64,000 bases of DNA from Escherichia coli (GTDB taxonomy: Bacteria; Pseudomonadota; Gammaproteobacteria; Enterobacterales; Enterobacteriaceae). Positions 10,677 to 22,110 of this stretch are shown here, piece by piece (the stretch's first letter is position 1; every line of letters starts with the position of its first letter). The position numbers were made by a program, and so were the translations under genes. Under the pieces are notes generated by a model. That model saw only the letters and a list, made by a program, of their open reading frames with translations. It was not told where the DNA came from and did not search any database. The stretch is from assembly GCF_009931435.1 (NCBI RefSeq), contig NZ_CP043414.1; one strand, given 5' to 3'.

Positions 10677-11903
10677 ATGGGAATTAACGAAATCATCATG
10701 TACATCATGATGTTCTTTATGCTGATAGCTGCCGTAGACAGGATCTTGTCGCAGTTCGGCGGTTCGGCTCGTTTCCTCGGTAAGTTTGGTAAAAGTATCG
10801 AAGGATCGGGCGGCCAGTTCGAAGAAGGCTTTATGGCAATGGGCGCACTGGGCCTGGCGATGGTCGGTATGACCGCACTGGCACCAGTACTGGCCCACGT
10901 ACTTGGGCCGGTGATTATCCCGGTTTACGAAATGCTCGGCGCAAACCCGTCAATGTTCGCTGGAACACTGCTGGCGTGCGACATGGGCGGCTTCTTCCTC
11001 GCGAAAGAGCTGGCGGGCGGCGATGTGGCAGCGTGGCTATACTCTGGGTTAATTCTCGGATCGATGATGGGGCCAACGATTGTGTTTTCCATTCCGGTGG
11101 CGCTCGGCATTATCGAACCTTCTGACCGTCGTTATCTGGCGCTCGGCGTGCTGGCGGGCATTGTGACCATTCCGATTGGCTGTATTGCTGGTGGTCTGGT
11201 GGCTATGTACTCCGGTGTGCAGATCAACGGTCAGCCGGTGGAATTCACCTTTGCCCTGATCCTGATGAACATGATCCCGGTACTTATCGTTGCGGTGCTG
11301 GTGGCGCTGGGGCTGAAATTCATCCCGGAAAAAATGATCAACGGCTTCCAGATCTTCGCCAAATTCCTCGTTGCATTGATCACCCTCGGTCTTGCTGCCG
11401 CGGTAGTGAAATTCCTCCTTGGCTGGGAACTGATCCCCGGTCTGGATCCTATCTTTATGGCCCCTGGCGATAAACCCGGTGAAGTGATGCGCGCCATTGA
11501 AGTTATCGGTTCTATCTCCTGCGTGCTGTTAGGGGCGTATCCGATGGTGCTGCTGCTGACCCGCTGGTTTGAAAAACCGCTGATGAGCGTCGGTAAAGTG
11601 CTGAATATGAACAACATCGCGGCAGCCGGCATGGTGGCAACGCTTGCCAACAACATCCCGATGTTCGGCATGATGAAGCAGATGGATACCCGCGGCAAAG
11701 TGATCAACTGTGCCTTCGCCGTTTCCGCTGCTTTCGCCCTGGGTGACCATTTAGGCTTCGCCGCTGCCAACATGAACGCCATGATCTTCCCGATGATTGT
11801 CGGCAAGTTGATCGGCGGCGTTACGGCGATTGGCGTGGCGATGATGCTGGTGCCAAAAGAAGACGCGACCGCGGCTAAAACCGAAGCGGAGGCACAATCG
11901 TGA
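10677..11903 (+). CDS. eutH: ethanolamine permease EutH
   Basis: 408 aa polytopic membrane protein; operon position. Confidence 0.9.
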   Translation: MGINEIIMYIMMFFMLIAAVDRILSQFGGSARFLGKFGKSIEGSGGQFEEGFMAMGALGLAMVGMTALAPVLAHVLGPVIIPVYEMLGANPSMFAGTLLACDMGGFFLAKELAGGDVAAWLYSGLILGSMMGPTIVFSIPVALGIIEPSDRRYLALGVLAGIVTIPIGCIAGGLVAMYSGVQINGQPVEFTFALILMNMIPVLIVAVLVALGLKFIPEKMINGFQIFAKFLVALITLGLAAAVVKFLLGWELIPGLDPIFMAPGDKPGEVMRAIEVIGSISCVLLGAYPMVLLLTRWFEKPLMSVGKVLNMNNIAAAGMVATLANNIPMFGMMKQMDTRGKVINCAFAVSAAFALGDHLGFAAANMNAMIFPMIVGKLIGGVTAIGVAMMLVPKEDATAAKTEAEAQS

Positions 11904-13303
11904 ACACTCGCCAGCTACTGAGCGTCGGTATCGATATCGGCACTACCACCACCCAGGTGATCTTCTCCCACCTGGAGCTGGTTAACCGTGCGGCGGTGTC
12001 GCAGGTGCCGCGCTACGAATTCATCAAACGCGAAATTAGCTGGCAAAGCCCGGTGTTCTTTACCCCTGTCGATAAACTGGGCGGTTTAAAAGAAGCGGAA
12101 CTGAAAACCTTAATCCTCGAGCAATATCAGGCTGCGGGCATTGCGCCGGAAAGCGTTGATTCTGGTGCCATCATCATCACCGGTGAAAGCGCGAAAACCC
12201 GCAATGCTCGCCCGGCGGTGATGACGCTCTCCCAGTCGCTTGGCGATTTTGTCGTCGCCAGCGCCGGGCCGCATCTCGAATCCGTGATCGCCGGTCACGG
12301 TGCCGGGGCGCAAACCCTTTCTGAACAACGGCTGTGTCGGGTACTGAATATCGATATTGGCGGTGGCACCGCGAACTACGCTTTGTTCGATGCCGGAAAA
12401 ATCAGCGGCACCGCTTGCCTCAACGTCGGCGGTCGCCTGCTGGAAACCGACAGCCAGGGGCGCGTGGTTTACGCTCATAAACCGGGGCAGATGATAGTGG
12501 ATGAGTGCTTCGGTGCAGGCACTGACGCCCGTTCGCTGACCGGCGCGCAGCTGGTGCAGGTTACCCGGCGGATGGCGGAACTGATTGTCGAAGTGATTGA
12601 CGGAACGCTCTCGCCGCTCGCGCAGGCATTGATGCAAACCGGTTTGCTGCCCGCAGGTGTTACGCCCGAAATCATTACGCTTTCTGGCGGCGTGGGCGAA
12701 TGTTATCGCCACCAGCCCGCCGACCCGTTCTGTTTTGCCGATATCGGCCCGCTTCTGGCAACGGCGCTGCATGAGCATCCTCGTCTGCGTGAGATGAACG
12801 TGCAGTTTCCGGCGCAAACCGTACGCGCCACGGTGATTGGCGCGGGTGCACATACCCTTTCGCTCTCTGGCAGCACAATCTGGCTGGAGGGCGTACAACT
12901 GCCGCTGCGCAATTTGCCGGTGGCGATCCCAATTGATGAAACGGATCTGGTGAGTGCCTGGCAACAGGCGCTGATTCAGCTGGATCTTTGCCCCAAAACT
13001 GACGCGTACGTGCTGGCGCTTCCCGCCTCGCTGCCTGTGCGTTACGCCGCGGTACTGACGGTCATCAACGCGCTGGTCGATTTCGTCGCGCGTTTTCCGA
13101 ATCCGCATCCCCTGCTGGTGGTGGCCGGGCAGGATTTTGGTAAAGCTCTGGGCATGTTGTTGCGCCCACAGCTACAACAACTCCCGTTGGCAGTCATTGA
13201 CGAAGTGATTGTCCGCGCGGGGGACTATATCGACATTGGTACGCCTCTTTTTGGCGGATCGGTTGTGCCGGTGACGGTGAAATCACTCGCATTTCCTTCC
13301 TGA
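11900..13303 (+). CDS. eutA: ethanolamine ammonia-lyase reactivase EutA
   Basis: 467 aa; operon position; followed 11 nt later by eutB with no intervening element. Confidence 0.9.
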   Translation: MNTRQLLSVGIDIGTTTTQVIFSHLELVNRAAVSQVPRYEFIKREISWQSPVFFTPVDKLGGLKEAELKTLILEQYQAAGIAPESVDSGAIIITGESAKTRNARPAVMTLSQSLGDFVVASAGPHLESVIAGHGAGAQTLSEQRLCRVLNIDIGGGTANYALFDAGKISGTACLNVGGRLLETDSQGRVVYAHKPGQMIVDECFGAGTDARSLTGAQLVQVTRRMAELIVEVIDGTLSPLAQALMQTGLLPAGVTPEIITLSGGVGECYRHQPADPFCFADIGPLLATALHEHPRLREMNVQFPAQTVRATVIGAGAHTLSLSGSTIWLEGVQLPLRNLPVAIPIDETDLVSAWQQALIQLDLCPKTDAYVLALPASLPVRYAAVLTVINALVDFVARFPNPHPLLVVAGQDFGKALGMLLRPQLQQLPLAVIDEVIVRAGDYIDIGTPLFGGSVVPVTVKSLAFPS

Positions 13304-13314
13304 GGGAACGACTT

Positions 13315-14676
13315 ATGAAACTAAAGACCACATTGTTCGGCAATGTATATCAGTTTAAGGATGTAAAAGAGGTGCTGGCTAAAGCCAACGAACTGCGTTC
13401 GGGGGATGTGCTGGCGGGCGTTGCAGCGGCAAGCTCACAGGAGCGCGTGGCTGCAAAGCAGGTGTTGTCGGAAATGACCGTAGCGGACATCCGCAATAAT
13501 CCGGTGATTGCCTATGAAGATGACTGCGTGACGCGACTGATTCAGGACGACGTTAACGAAACGGCCTACAACCAGATTAAAAACTGGAGCATCAGCGAAC
13601 TGCGTGAGTATGTGCTGAGTGATGAAACCAGCGTTGACGACATTGCTTTTACCCGCAAAGGGCTGACCTCGGAAGTGGTCGCGGCGGTAGCGAAGATTTG
13701 CTCTAACGCGGACCTGATCTACGGCGCGAAGAAAATGCCGGTAATCAAAAAGGCCAATACAACTATTGGTATTCCGGGCACCTTCAGCGCCCGTTTGCAG
13801 CCAAACGATACCCGCGACGACGTGCAAAGTATCGCCGCGCAAATCTACGAAGGGCTTTCTTTCGGGGTGGGCGATGCGGTGATCGGCGTTAACCCGGTGA
13901 CTGACGACGTGGAAAACTTAAGCCGCGTGCTGGATACCATCTATGGCGTGATCGACAAATTCAACATTCCAACCCAGGGCTGCGTGCTGGCGCACGTCAC
14001 CACCCAGATCGAAGCGATTCGTCGCGGTGCGCCGGGCGGGCTGATTTTCCAGAGTATCTGCGGCAGTGAAAAAGGGCTGAAAGAGTTTGGCGTAGAGCTG
14101 GCGATGCTCGATGAAGCACGCGCAGTGGGCGCAGAGTTTAACCGTATCGCCGGGGAAAACTGCCTCTACTTCGAAACCGGGCAGGGTTCTGCGCTATCGG
14201 CGGGCGCTAACTTCGGTGCAGATCAGGTAACGATGGAAGCGCGTAACTACGGGCTGGCACGTCATTACGATCCGTTTATCGTCAACACCGTAGTGGGCTT
14301 TATTGGGCCAGAGTATCTCTACAACGACCGGCAGATTATCCGTGCGGGCTTAGAAGATCACTTTATGGGCAAACTGAGCGGCATTTCTATGGGCTGTGAC
14401 TGCTGCTACACCAACCACGCTAACGCTGACCAGAACCTCAACGAAAACCTGATGATCCTGCTCGCCACCGCAGGCTGCAACTACATCATGGGGATGCCGC
14501 TGGGCGATGACATCATGCTCAACTATCAGACTACGGCCTTCCACGACACCGCCACTGTGCGTCAGTTACTCAACCTGCGCCCGTCACCGGAGTTTGAACG
14601 CTGGCTGGAAAGCATGGGCATTATGGCAAACGGTCGCCTGACCAAACGGGCGGGCGATCCGTCACTGTTCTTCTGA
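13315..14676 (+). CDS. eutB: ethanolamine ammonia-lyase large subunit EutB
   Basis: 453 aa; RBS gaggga upstream; operon position. Confidence 0.92.
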   Translation: MKLKTTLFGNVYQFKDVKEVLAKANELRSGDVLAGVAAASSQERVAAKQVLSEMTVADIRNNPVIAYEDDCVTRLIQDDVNETAYNQIKNWSISELREYVLSDETSVDDIAFTRKGLTSEVVAAVAKICSNADLIYGAKKMPVIKKANTTIGIPGTFSARLQPNDTRDDVQSIAAQIYEGLSFGVGDAVIGVNPVTDDVENLSRVLDTIYGVIDKFNIPTQGCVLAHVTTQIEAIRRGAPGGLIFQSICGSEKGLKEFGVELAMLDEARAVGAEFNRIAGENCLYFETGQGSALSAGANFGADQVTMEARNYGLARHYDPFIVNTVVGFIGPEYLYNDRQIIRAGLEDHFMGKLSGISMGCDCCYTNHANADQNLNENLMILLATAGCNYIMGMPLGDDIMLNYQTTAFHDTATVRQLLNLRPSPEFERWLESMGIMANGRLTKRAGDPSLFF

Positions 14677-14696
14677 TGACGCGGAGATAACACATC

Positions 14697-15584
14697 ATGG
14701 ATCAAAAACAGATTGAAGAAATTGTACGCAGCGTGATGGCGTCAATGGGACAAGCGGCCCCCGCGCCGTCAGAAGCAAAATGCGCCACTACCACCTGTGC
14801 GGCACCGGTGACCTCGGAAAGCTGCGCGCTGGATTTAGGTTCCGCGGAAGCAAAAGCGTGGATTGGCGTTGAAAACCCGCATCGCGCAGACGTATTAACA
14901 GAACTGCGCCGCAGCACCGTGGCTCGCGTCTGTACCGGTCGTGCTGGTCCGCGTCCGCGTACCCAGGCGCTGTTGCGTTTCCTGGCCGATCACTCTCGTT
15001 CGAAAGACACCGTACTGAAAGAAGTGCCGGAAGAGTGGGTGAAAGCGCAGGGCTTGCTGGAAGTCCGCTCTGAAATTAGCGACAAAAATCTCTATCTGAC
15101 TCGCCCGGATATGGGCCGCCGCTTGTGTGCAGAGGCTGTTGAAGCGCTGAAAGCGCAGTGTGTTGCCAATCCGGACGTACAGGTGGTTATTTCCGATGGT
15201 CTGTCTACTGATGCGATCACCGTGAACTATGAAGAGATTCTGCCACCGCTGATGGCGGGCCTGAAACAGGCCGGGTTGAAAGTCGGCACACCGTTCTTTG
15301 TGCGTTACGGTCGCGTGAAGATTGAAGATCAGATTGGCGAACTTCTTGGCGCGAAAGTGGTGATCCTGCTGGTGGGTGAACGTCCGGGGTTGGGGCAGTC
15401 AGAAAGTCTCTCCTGCTACGCCGTTTACTCGCCGCGTATGGCAACCACCGTTGAGGCCGACCGTACCTGTATCTCTAACATTCACCAGGGCGGCACGCCG
15501 CCGGTTGAAGCCGCAGCCGTCATTGTGGATTTGGCGAAACGTATGCTGGAGCAGAAAGCATCCGGCATCAACATGACCCGATAA
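14697..15584 (+). CDS. eutC: ethanolamine ammonia-lyase small subunit EutC
   Basis: 295 aa; operon position. Confidence 0.92.
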   Translation: MDQKQIEEIVRSVMASMGQAAPAPSEAKCATTTCAAPVTSESCALDLGSAEAKAWIGVENPHRADVLTELRRSTVARVCTGRAGPRPRTQALLRFLADHSRSKDTVLKEVPEEWVKAQGLLEVRSEISDKNLYLTRPDMGRRLCAEAVEALKAQCVANPDVQVVISDGLSTDAITVNYEEILPPLMAGLKQAGLKVGTPFFVRYGRVKIEDQIGELLGAKVVILLVGERPGLGQSESLSCYAVYSPRMATTVEADRTCISNIHQGGTPPVEAAAVIVDLAKRMLEQKASGINMTR

Positions 15585-15593
15585 GGAGGCATC

Positions 15594-16253
15594 ATGCCAG
15601 CTTTAGATTTGATTCGACCGTCGGTAACCGCCATGCGGGTGATTGCCTCTGTTAACGCCGAATTTGCGCGTGAACTGAAATTGCCGCCGCATATTCGTAG
15701 CCTCGGGCTGATTTCTGCTGATTCCGATGACGTCACCTACATTGCGGCTGACGAAGCGACCAAGCAGGCGATGGTTGAAGTCGTGTATGGTCGCTCGCTG
15801 TATGCGGGAGCCGCACACGGCCCGTCACCGACTGCCGGTGAAGTGCTGATTATGCTCGGGGGGCCAAACCCGGCGGAAGTGCGTGCTGGTCTGGATGCGA
15901 TGGTTGCGCATATTGAAAATGGCGCGGCTTTCCAGTGGGCTAACGACGCGCAAGATACGGCATTCCTGGCACATGTAGTTTCGCGTACCGGTTCTTATCT
16001 CTCATCAACCGCCGGGATCACGCTTGGCGATCCGATGGCGTATTTGGTGGCACCGCCGCTGGAAGCGACCTACGGCATTGATGCAGCGTTGAAATCTGCC
16101 GACGTGCAGCTGGTGACCTATGTCCCGCCACCGTCTGAAACCAACTACTCGGCAGCATTTTTAACCGGTAGCCAGGCCGCGTGTAAAGCAGCCTGTAACG
16201 CCTTTACCGATGCAGTGCTGGAAATCGCGCGTAATCCAATCCAGCGTGCGTAA
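15594..16253 (+). CDS. eutL: microcompartment shell protein EutL (tandem BMC)
   Basis: 219 aa; operon position. Confidence 0.9.
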   Translation: MPALDLIRPSVTAMRVIASVNAEFARELKLPPHIRSLGLISADSDDVTYIAADEATKQAMVEVVYGRSLYAGAAHGPSPTAGEVLIMLGGPNPAEVRAGLDAMVAHIENGAAFQWANDAQDTAFLAHVVSRTGSYLSSTAGITLGDPMAYLVAPPLEATYGIDAALKSADVQLVTYVPPPSETNYSAAFLTGSQAACKAACNAFTDAVLEIARNPIQRA

Positions 16254-16265
16254 CGGAGGTTGCCG

Positions 16266-16766
16266 ATGATCAATGCACTGGGATTGCTGGAAGTGGACGG
16301 CATGGTCGCCGCGATAGATGCAGCTGATGCCATGCTCAAAGCAGCTAACGTTCGTCTGCTCAGTCACGAAGTGCTTGACCCTGGTCGCCTAACGCTGGTG
16401 GTGGAAGGCGATCTGGCGGCGTGTCGTGCGGCGCTGGACGCAGGTTGTGCTGCCGCGATGCGTACCGGGCGTGTCATCAGCCGTAAGGAGATCGGTCGGC
16501 CAGACGATGACACCCAGTGGCTGGTTACTGGCTTTAACCGCCAGCCGAAGCAATCCGTAAAGGAACCCGACGCGCCAGTTATCGTCGCGGAATCTGCTGA
16601 CGAGTTGTTGGCGCTGTTAACATCAGTACGTCAGGGAATGACGGCAGGAGAAGTGGCTGCCCACTTTGGCTGGCCGCTGGAAAAAGCCAGAAATGCGCTC
16701 GAACAGCTCTTTTCTGCCGGGACGTTACGTAAACGCAGTAGTCGTTATCGTCTCAAGCCCCATTAA
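16266..16766 (+). CDS. eutK: microcompartment shell protein EutK (BMC domain plus C-terminal helix-turn-helix-like tail)
   Basis: 166 aa from ATG at 16266 (MINALGLLEVDGMVAAIDAADAM...), RBS ggagg at 16255-16259. Confidence 0.88.
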   Translation: MINALGLLEVDGMVAAIDAADAMLKAANVRLLSHEVLDPGRLTLVVEGDLAACRAALDAGCAAAMRTGRVISRKEIGRPDDDTQWLVTGFNRQPKQSVKEPDAPVIVAESADELLALLTSVRQGMTAGEVAAHFGWPLEKARNALEQLFSAGTLRKRSSRYRLKPH

Positions 16767-16811
16767 CCTGTCGGAGGTGCCGGGTGTCCTACAACACCCG
16801 GCATTAACATC

Positions 16812-17864
16812 ATGAAAAAGACCCGTACAGCCAATTTGCACCATCTTTATCATGAACCCTTACCCGAAAACCTGAAGCTCACGCCGAAGGTCGAAGTGGA
16901 TAATGTTCATCAACGGCAAACAACGGATGTCTATGAACATGCTTTGACGATTACCGCCTGGCAGCAGATTTACGATCAGCTGCATCCGGGCAAGTTTCAT
17001 GGTGAATTTACGGAAATTCTACTCGATGATATTCAGGTTTTTCGTGAATACACCGGTCTGGCGCTGCGTCAGTCGTGCCTGGTCTGGCCGAACTCGTTCT
17101 GGTTTGGCATTCCGGCGACACGCGGTGAGCAGGGATTTATCGGTTCGCAATGTCTGGGAAGCGCAGAAATAGCGACGCGCCCTGGAGGAACCGAGTTTGA
17201 ATTAAGTACGCCGGACGATTACACGATCCTTGGCGTGGTGCTTTCTGAAGATGTCATCACCCGTCAGGCTAACTTTTTGCATAACCCGGAAAGGGTGCTG
17301 CATATGTTACGTAACCAGTCGGCGCTGGAAGTGAAAGAGCAGCATAAAGCCGCGCTGTGGGGCTTTGTCCAACAGGCTCTGGCGACATTTTGCGAGAACC
17401 CGGAAAATCTCCATCAGCCTGCAGTGCGAAAAGTGCTGGGGGATAATTTGCTAATGGCGATGGGGGCGATGCTGGAAGAAGCGCAGCCAATGGTGACGGC
17501 GGAAAGTATCAGCCACCAGAGTTACCGTCGCTTGTTGACCCGCGCGCGTGAATATGTGCTGGAGAATATGTCCGAACCGGTAACCGTGCTGGATTTGTGC
17601 AATCAACTGCATGTCAGCCGCCGCACGCTACAAAACGCGTTTCACGCTCTTTTAGGCATTGGCCCAAACGCGTGGCTGAAACGCATTCGCCTGAACGCCG
17701 TGCGCCGCGAACTGATAAGCCCGTGGTCGCAAAGTACAACGGTCAAAGATGCCGCCATGCAGTGGGGATTCTGGCATCTGGGGCAATTCGCCACGGATTA
17801 CCAGCAACTGTTTGCCGAGAAGCCGTCTCTGACGCTACATCAGCGGATGCAGGAACTGGAGTGA
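16812..17864 (+). CDS. eutR: AraC-family transcriptional activator of the eut operon
   Basis: 350 aa; AraC-type HTH in C-terminal region; last gene of the cluster. Confidence 0.9.
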   Translation: MKKTRTANLHHLYHEPLPENLKLTPKVEVDNVHQRQTTDVYEHALTITAWQQIYDQLHPGKFHGEFTEILLDDIQVFREYTGLALRQSCLVWPNSFWFGIPATRGEQGFIGSQCLGSAEIATRPGGTEFELSTPDDYTILGVVLSEDVITRQANFLHNPERVLHMLRNQSALEVKEQHKAALWGFVQQALATFCENPENLHQPAVRKVLGDNLLMAMGAMLEEAQPMVTAESISHQSYRRLLTRAREYVLENMSEPVTVLDLCNQLHVSRRTLQNAFHALLGIGPNAWLKRIRLNAVRRELISPWSQSTTVKDAAMQWGFWHLGQFATDYQQLFAEKPSLTLHQRMQELE

Positions 17865-17940
17865 GGGTGAGGGCCGGATGAGGATGGTGTTTGATCCGGT
17901 CCATAGTGAAGTTACAAATTACGTTGAATTGCTATGTATT

Positions 17941-18258
17941 TTATTGCCCAACGGGATAGGCGATAAACAAACCGACAATTGTCAGAATACACGCCAGCAG
18001 GAATACCAACATACAATTTACGCGCTTTCGCGAAATTTTAAATAAATAGCAAAATAGTGTTGTTACCACGATCACTACCGGGATAGTCATAAAATTAATA
18101 ACGATGAGTGCTATCAATCCAAAACTTGCTCCTCCACCGTGGGGAATAAAAATGTGTTCTTCAAAATAAACTTCTATAGCAAATGCCAGCACACATCCCA
18201 GAAAACTCATATCCAGATGAGGGTGCCATTTACTTTCTTTATTTGATGTGTCTGACAT
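17941..18258 (-). CDS. hypothetical small membrane protein (three predicted TM helices), AT-rich
   Basis: 105 aa ORF with three hydrophobic stretches; gggag RBS ~10 nt upstream of ATG; clearly AT-rich by eye against flanking genes; sits in an interval I do not recognise as conserved core. Confidence 0.5.
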   Translation of the reverse strand: MSDTSNKESKWHPHLDMSFLGCVLAFAIEVYFEEHIFIPHGGGASFGLIALIVINFMTIPVVIVVTTLFCYLFKISRKRVNCMLVFLLACILTIVGLFIAYPVGQ

Positions 18259-18298
18259 TCTTAAATGCTCCCGTGAGCAAACTGGCGCAAAATAATTT

Positions 18299-19561
18299 CT
18301 AAGATTGCTGATAAGACGTCGCTGTTGTCCGGCACTCCGGGCAGATAAACGCGTAAATTATCCCTTCGCCATATTGTTCAATATCGGCATAATCCAGTTG
18401 CGCAAGAAACATCATTGTGTGGGAACATTGCGGACAGAGAGGATATTCCGCGTCCTGAATCCAGGTTGGATGCCCGCCAAGTTGCGAGAAAGAGACAGGT
18501 AAAAATGGGTCTGCGGCAAATAACGGTGACCTAAGGTTTCCCTGTCTCATGCTGTTTACAGGGAGTCGACGCCATTCCGATACATCATCCGGCAGCTAGG
18601 CAGGCGGGATATTTTTTGCAGACAAATGAGCGTTACCCTTTGAGTCCATGTAGCCGAAAATGGTGCTGTAGGCGGTGCAACATTCGCAAGTCACGACGCG
18701 AAAACTGCCGTTATCGCTAAGACCCGTTGCCTTCAGGTCAACGTCGAAAAGATTTGTTAGGGGCAATGCGCACTTTGGACAGGTATCGCTGCGTTCATCA
18801 ACAACACGCAAAGCTTCGCAAGACCCGGTGCTTTTCATCTCCAGATGAAAACATTGAGGAAAATAGAGATTACGCCTTTGATCTTCAGCGGTTAACTCCC
18901 AACCGGCCTCATGCGCATATTCTTCTGGCGCGATGTAAAGTGAACTGCGCCACAGCGGCGGGTTATTGCGCCAGTAGGCAAAACGTTCAACAACAACGTC
19001 ATCCCCAATCCATGCCAGACATTGCAGAATACAATTTCTGTTTTCTGCATCATCCTCAACCCGTTCTAACAGCGTATCGCGAACATCCGCTGGGGCGCGG
19101 TGGAAAGGCAGAGGAGAATAAGCGTCTAAATCATCATAAGAGATCCACTCTCGTAAATATGCATCCAGATTTGCCTGGGTAAACGCCGCCAGACAAAGAC
19201 AAATCTCCTGAGCGTGTTCATATTCACCAGACGCAAAGCGTTCTGTGGCGTAATCAGCCATCAGCTGCGCTTGATCGGCGGTCAACTGTTGATACAGGGC
19301 ATCGGTGGGAGCGGGGCAGGGAGTCCAGTCGATTAACGCATCGAATTTCCGTGGCTGGTGAACTAATTTCAGCATGGCAATCGGATCGCTTAGCCCAGCA
19401 AACACATTCACGGTCTTTTTATTTTTCCTGATATATTCATCGTGCTCACGCTGCTGTTGTGCCTGAACGCAGGGCATACAGTATCCGTCAGTACGCGCAG
19501 CGGTTTCCGGAAGAATGGTTGATGTACAAGCGGGGCTTTTACAGGGAATACGGTGAGTCAT
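18299..19561 (-). pseudogene. DUF1963 (YwqG-like) family gene interrupted by one in-frame TAG at 18596-18598
   Basis: 321 aa ORF (19561..18596) and 83 aa ORF (18550..18299) are in the same frame, separated by TAG plus 15 sense codons; downstream part carries GGHPTWIQDAEYPLCPQCSHTMMFLAQLD...GEGIIYAFICPEC, matching the conserved DUF1963 core; strong RBS aaggag before the ATG at 19561, none before the internal ATG. Confidence 0.6.
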
Positions 19562-19698
19562 AGAGGCGCTCCTTGCCTGAGGATATTAAGTCGAAAGAGA
19601 TTATTATTAGATATTAGGGTGTCACTATGGCACACAAATTAAACAGAATTAATTTCAAGCCACAAACATAGGGTTATTTTTCTTTTATTTTCATGATA

Positions 19699-20601
<903 letters not shown>

Positions 20602-21471
20602 TTACCGCTTTCTCGAGTGTGCTTTCTGGTTGTCAAACCAGTGGAAATAACTGATCACGCCTTCGGCAATGGCTGTGGCGATTTTCTGGCGAAATGCCGC
20701 CGTGCCTAACAGCCGCTCTTCTTCCGGGTTGGTGATAAAAGAAGTTTCCACCAGCACCGAAGGAACAGATGGCGATTTCAACACTACAAACGCGGCTTGT
20801 TCGGTGTTGCGACTGTGCAGCTTATGCACCGGCTTAATCTTCTTCAGAATATGTGAGCCGAGCGTCAGGCTGTTTTTAATAGTATCGGTTTGTACCAGAT
20901 CAAACAGCACTTGTTGCAATAGGTGATCCTTGTCAGTCGCTTTTTTACCGGCAACTTCATCAGCGCGGTTTTCGCGTTCAGACAAGTATTTCGCCATTGC
21001 GCTACTTGCGCCGCGGTTCGAGAGAGCAAATACCGAAGCACCGGCAGCTTTCGGGTTAGTAAAGCCGTCGGCGTGAATTGACATAAACAGGTCAGCGCCA
21101 TGTTTATGGGCGATTTCAACGCGATCGTACAGCGGGATAAACGTATCGCCAGAACGCGTTAAACGCGCATCAATGCCATGATTACGCAAAATGGAACGGA
21201 CGTTTTTGGCAATCGCCAGCACCACATGTTTTTCTTTCGATCCATTGCGACCAATCGCTCCGGTATCAATTCCGCCGTGGCCTGGATCGAGAACAACGAC
21301 ACGTTTGCCGCCGCTTTTTTTGGCTTTCGGCTTACTGTGTCCGTTACTGGTTTTTAAAGGTTCTTCTTTGGCGATGGCTTGCGACATTCCTGACAACGTC
21401 AGGGCAGCCAATCCGGCTTTCAGCACCTGGCGGCGCGAAGTGAGTGTTTTTAGTGGTTTAAAAGTGCTCAT
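20602..21471 (-). CDS. amiA: N-acetylmuramoyl-L-alanine amidase AmiA (Tat-exported)
   Basis: 289 aa; twin-arginine signal SRRQVLKAG; amidase_3 domain. Confidence 0.92.
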   Translation of the reverse strand: MSTFKPLKTLTSRRQVLKAGLAALTLSGMSQAIAKEEPLKTSNGHSKPKAKKSGGKRVVVLDPGHGGIDTGAIGRNGSKEKHVVLAIAKNVRSILRNHGIDARLTRSGDTFIPLYDRVEIAHKHGADLFMSIHADGFTNPKAAGASVFALSNRGASSAMAKYLSERENRADEVAGKKATDKDHLLQQVLFDLVQTDTIKNSLTLGSHILKKIKPVHKLHSRNTEQAAFVVLKSPSVPSVLVETSFITNPEEERLLGTAAFRQKIATAIAEGVISYFHWFDNQKAHSRKR

Positions 21472-21684
21472 ACGGCCTGAGTTGTAATAATAAAGTTCCA
21501 GATGTTATATCGTATCGCGTAATCCGTTACGACCGTTTGCTGTTGAGAATTGTTTTACTTTTCATTTCAATAGTTGACAACTCCCCATTATGCCACTTTT
21601 TCAACCGATTTTCGTCAGATATTGGCTAATTCGACCGTTCACGCCATAATCAGCCTTTTAATCCGCAAAAAGGTAACCAATACC

Positions 21685-22110
21685 ATGGAGATACGCGTAT
21701 TTCGCCAGGAAGATTTCGAAGAGGTCATTACCCTTTGGGAGCGTTGCGACTTGCTGCGTCCGTGGAACGATCCGGAAATGGACATCGAGCGCAAAATGAA
21801 CCATGACGTCAGTCTGTTTCTGATCGCTGAGGTGAACGGTGAAGTGGTCGGAACGGTGATGGGCGGTTATGACGGGCATCGCGGATCCGCTTATTATCTT
21901 GGCGTGCATCCTGAGTTTCGTGGGCGTGGCATTGCCAATGCGTTGCTTAATCGGCTGGAGAAAAAACTGATTGCTCGCGGCTGTCCGAAAATTCAGATCA
22001 ATGTGCCGGAAGATAACGACATGGTGCTCGGAATGTATGAACGCCTTGGATATGAACACGCCGACGTGCTGAGTCTGGGCAAGCGTTTGATTGAAGATGA
22101 AGAGTACTGA
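21685..22110 (+). CDS. ypeA: GNAT family N-acetyltransferase YpeA
   Basis: 141 aa from ATG at 21685 ([14 protein letters not shown]...); GNAT motifs. Confidence 0.85.
   Translation: MEIRVFRQEDFEEVITLWERCDLLRPWNDPEMDIERKMNHDVSLFLIAEVNGEVVGTVMGGYDGHRGSAYYLGVHPEFRGRGIANALLNRLEKKLIARGCPKIQINVPEDNDMVLGMYERLGYEHADVLSLGKRLIEDEEY

Noticed and set aside
12110-13108. 332-aa minus-strand ORF; similar long antisense ORFs at 23266-24060, 30348-31076, 32888-33745, 34300-34944, 37814-38464, 43620-44261, 53330-54253 and 58545-59531
   Set aside because: All are fully embedded antisense to strongly supported conserved genes (eutA, yfeX, cysP, cysA, cysM, ptsI, ligA, gltX, nupC) and have Arg/His-rich compositions typical of GC-rich antisense frames.
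13303-13315. Checked for a prophage, integrase or att site at the eutA/eutB junction
   Set aside because: Only an 11-nt spacer with an RBS is present; no mobile element.
17865-19698. Looked for IS elements, transposase genes or direct target-site repeats flanking the two accessory segments (also 46753-49474)
   Set aside because: No transposase-like ORF or obvious terminal inverted repeats seen; the segments look like old, fixed accessory genes rather than active mobile elements. Short direct repeats cannot be excluded without alignment.
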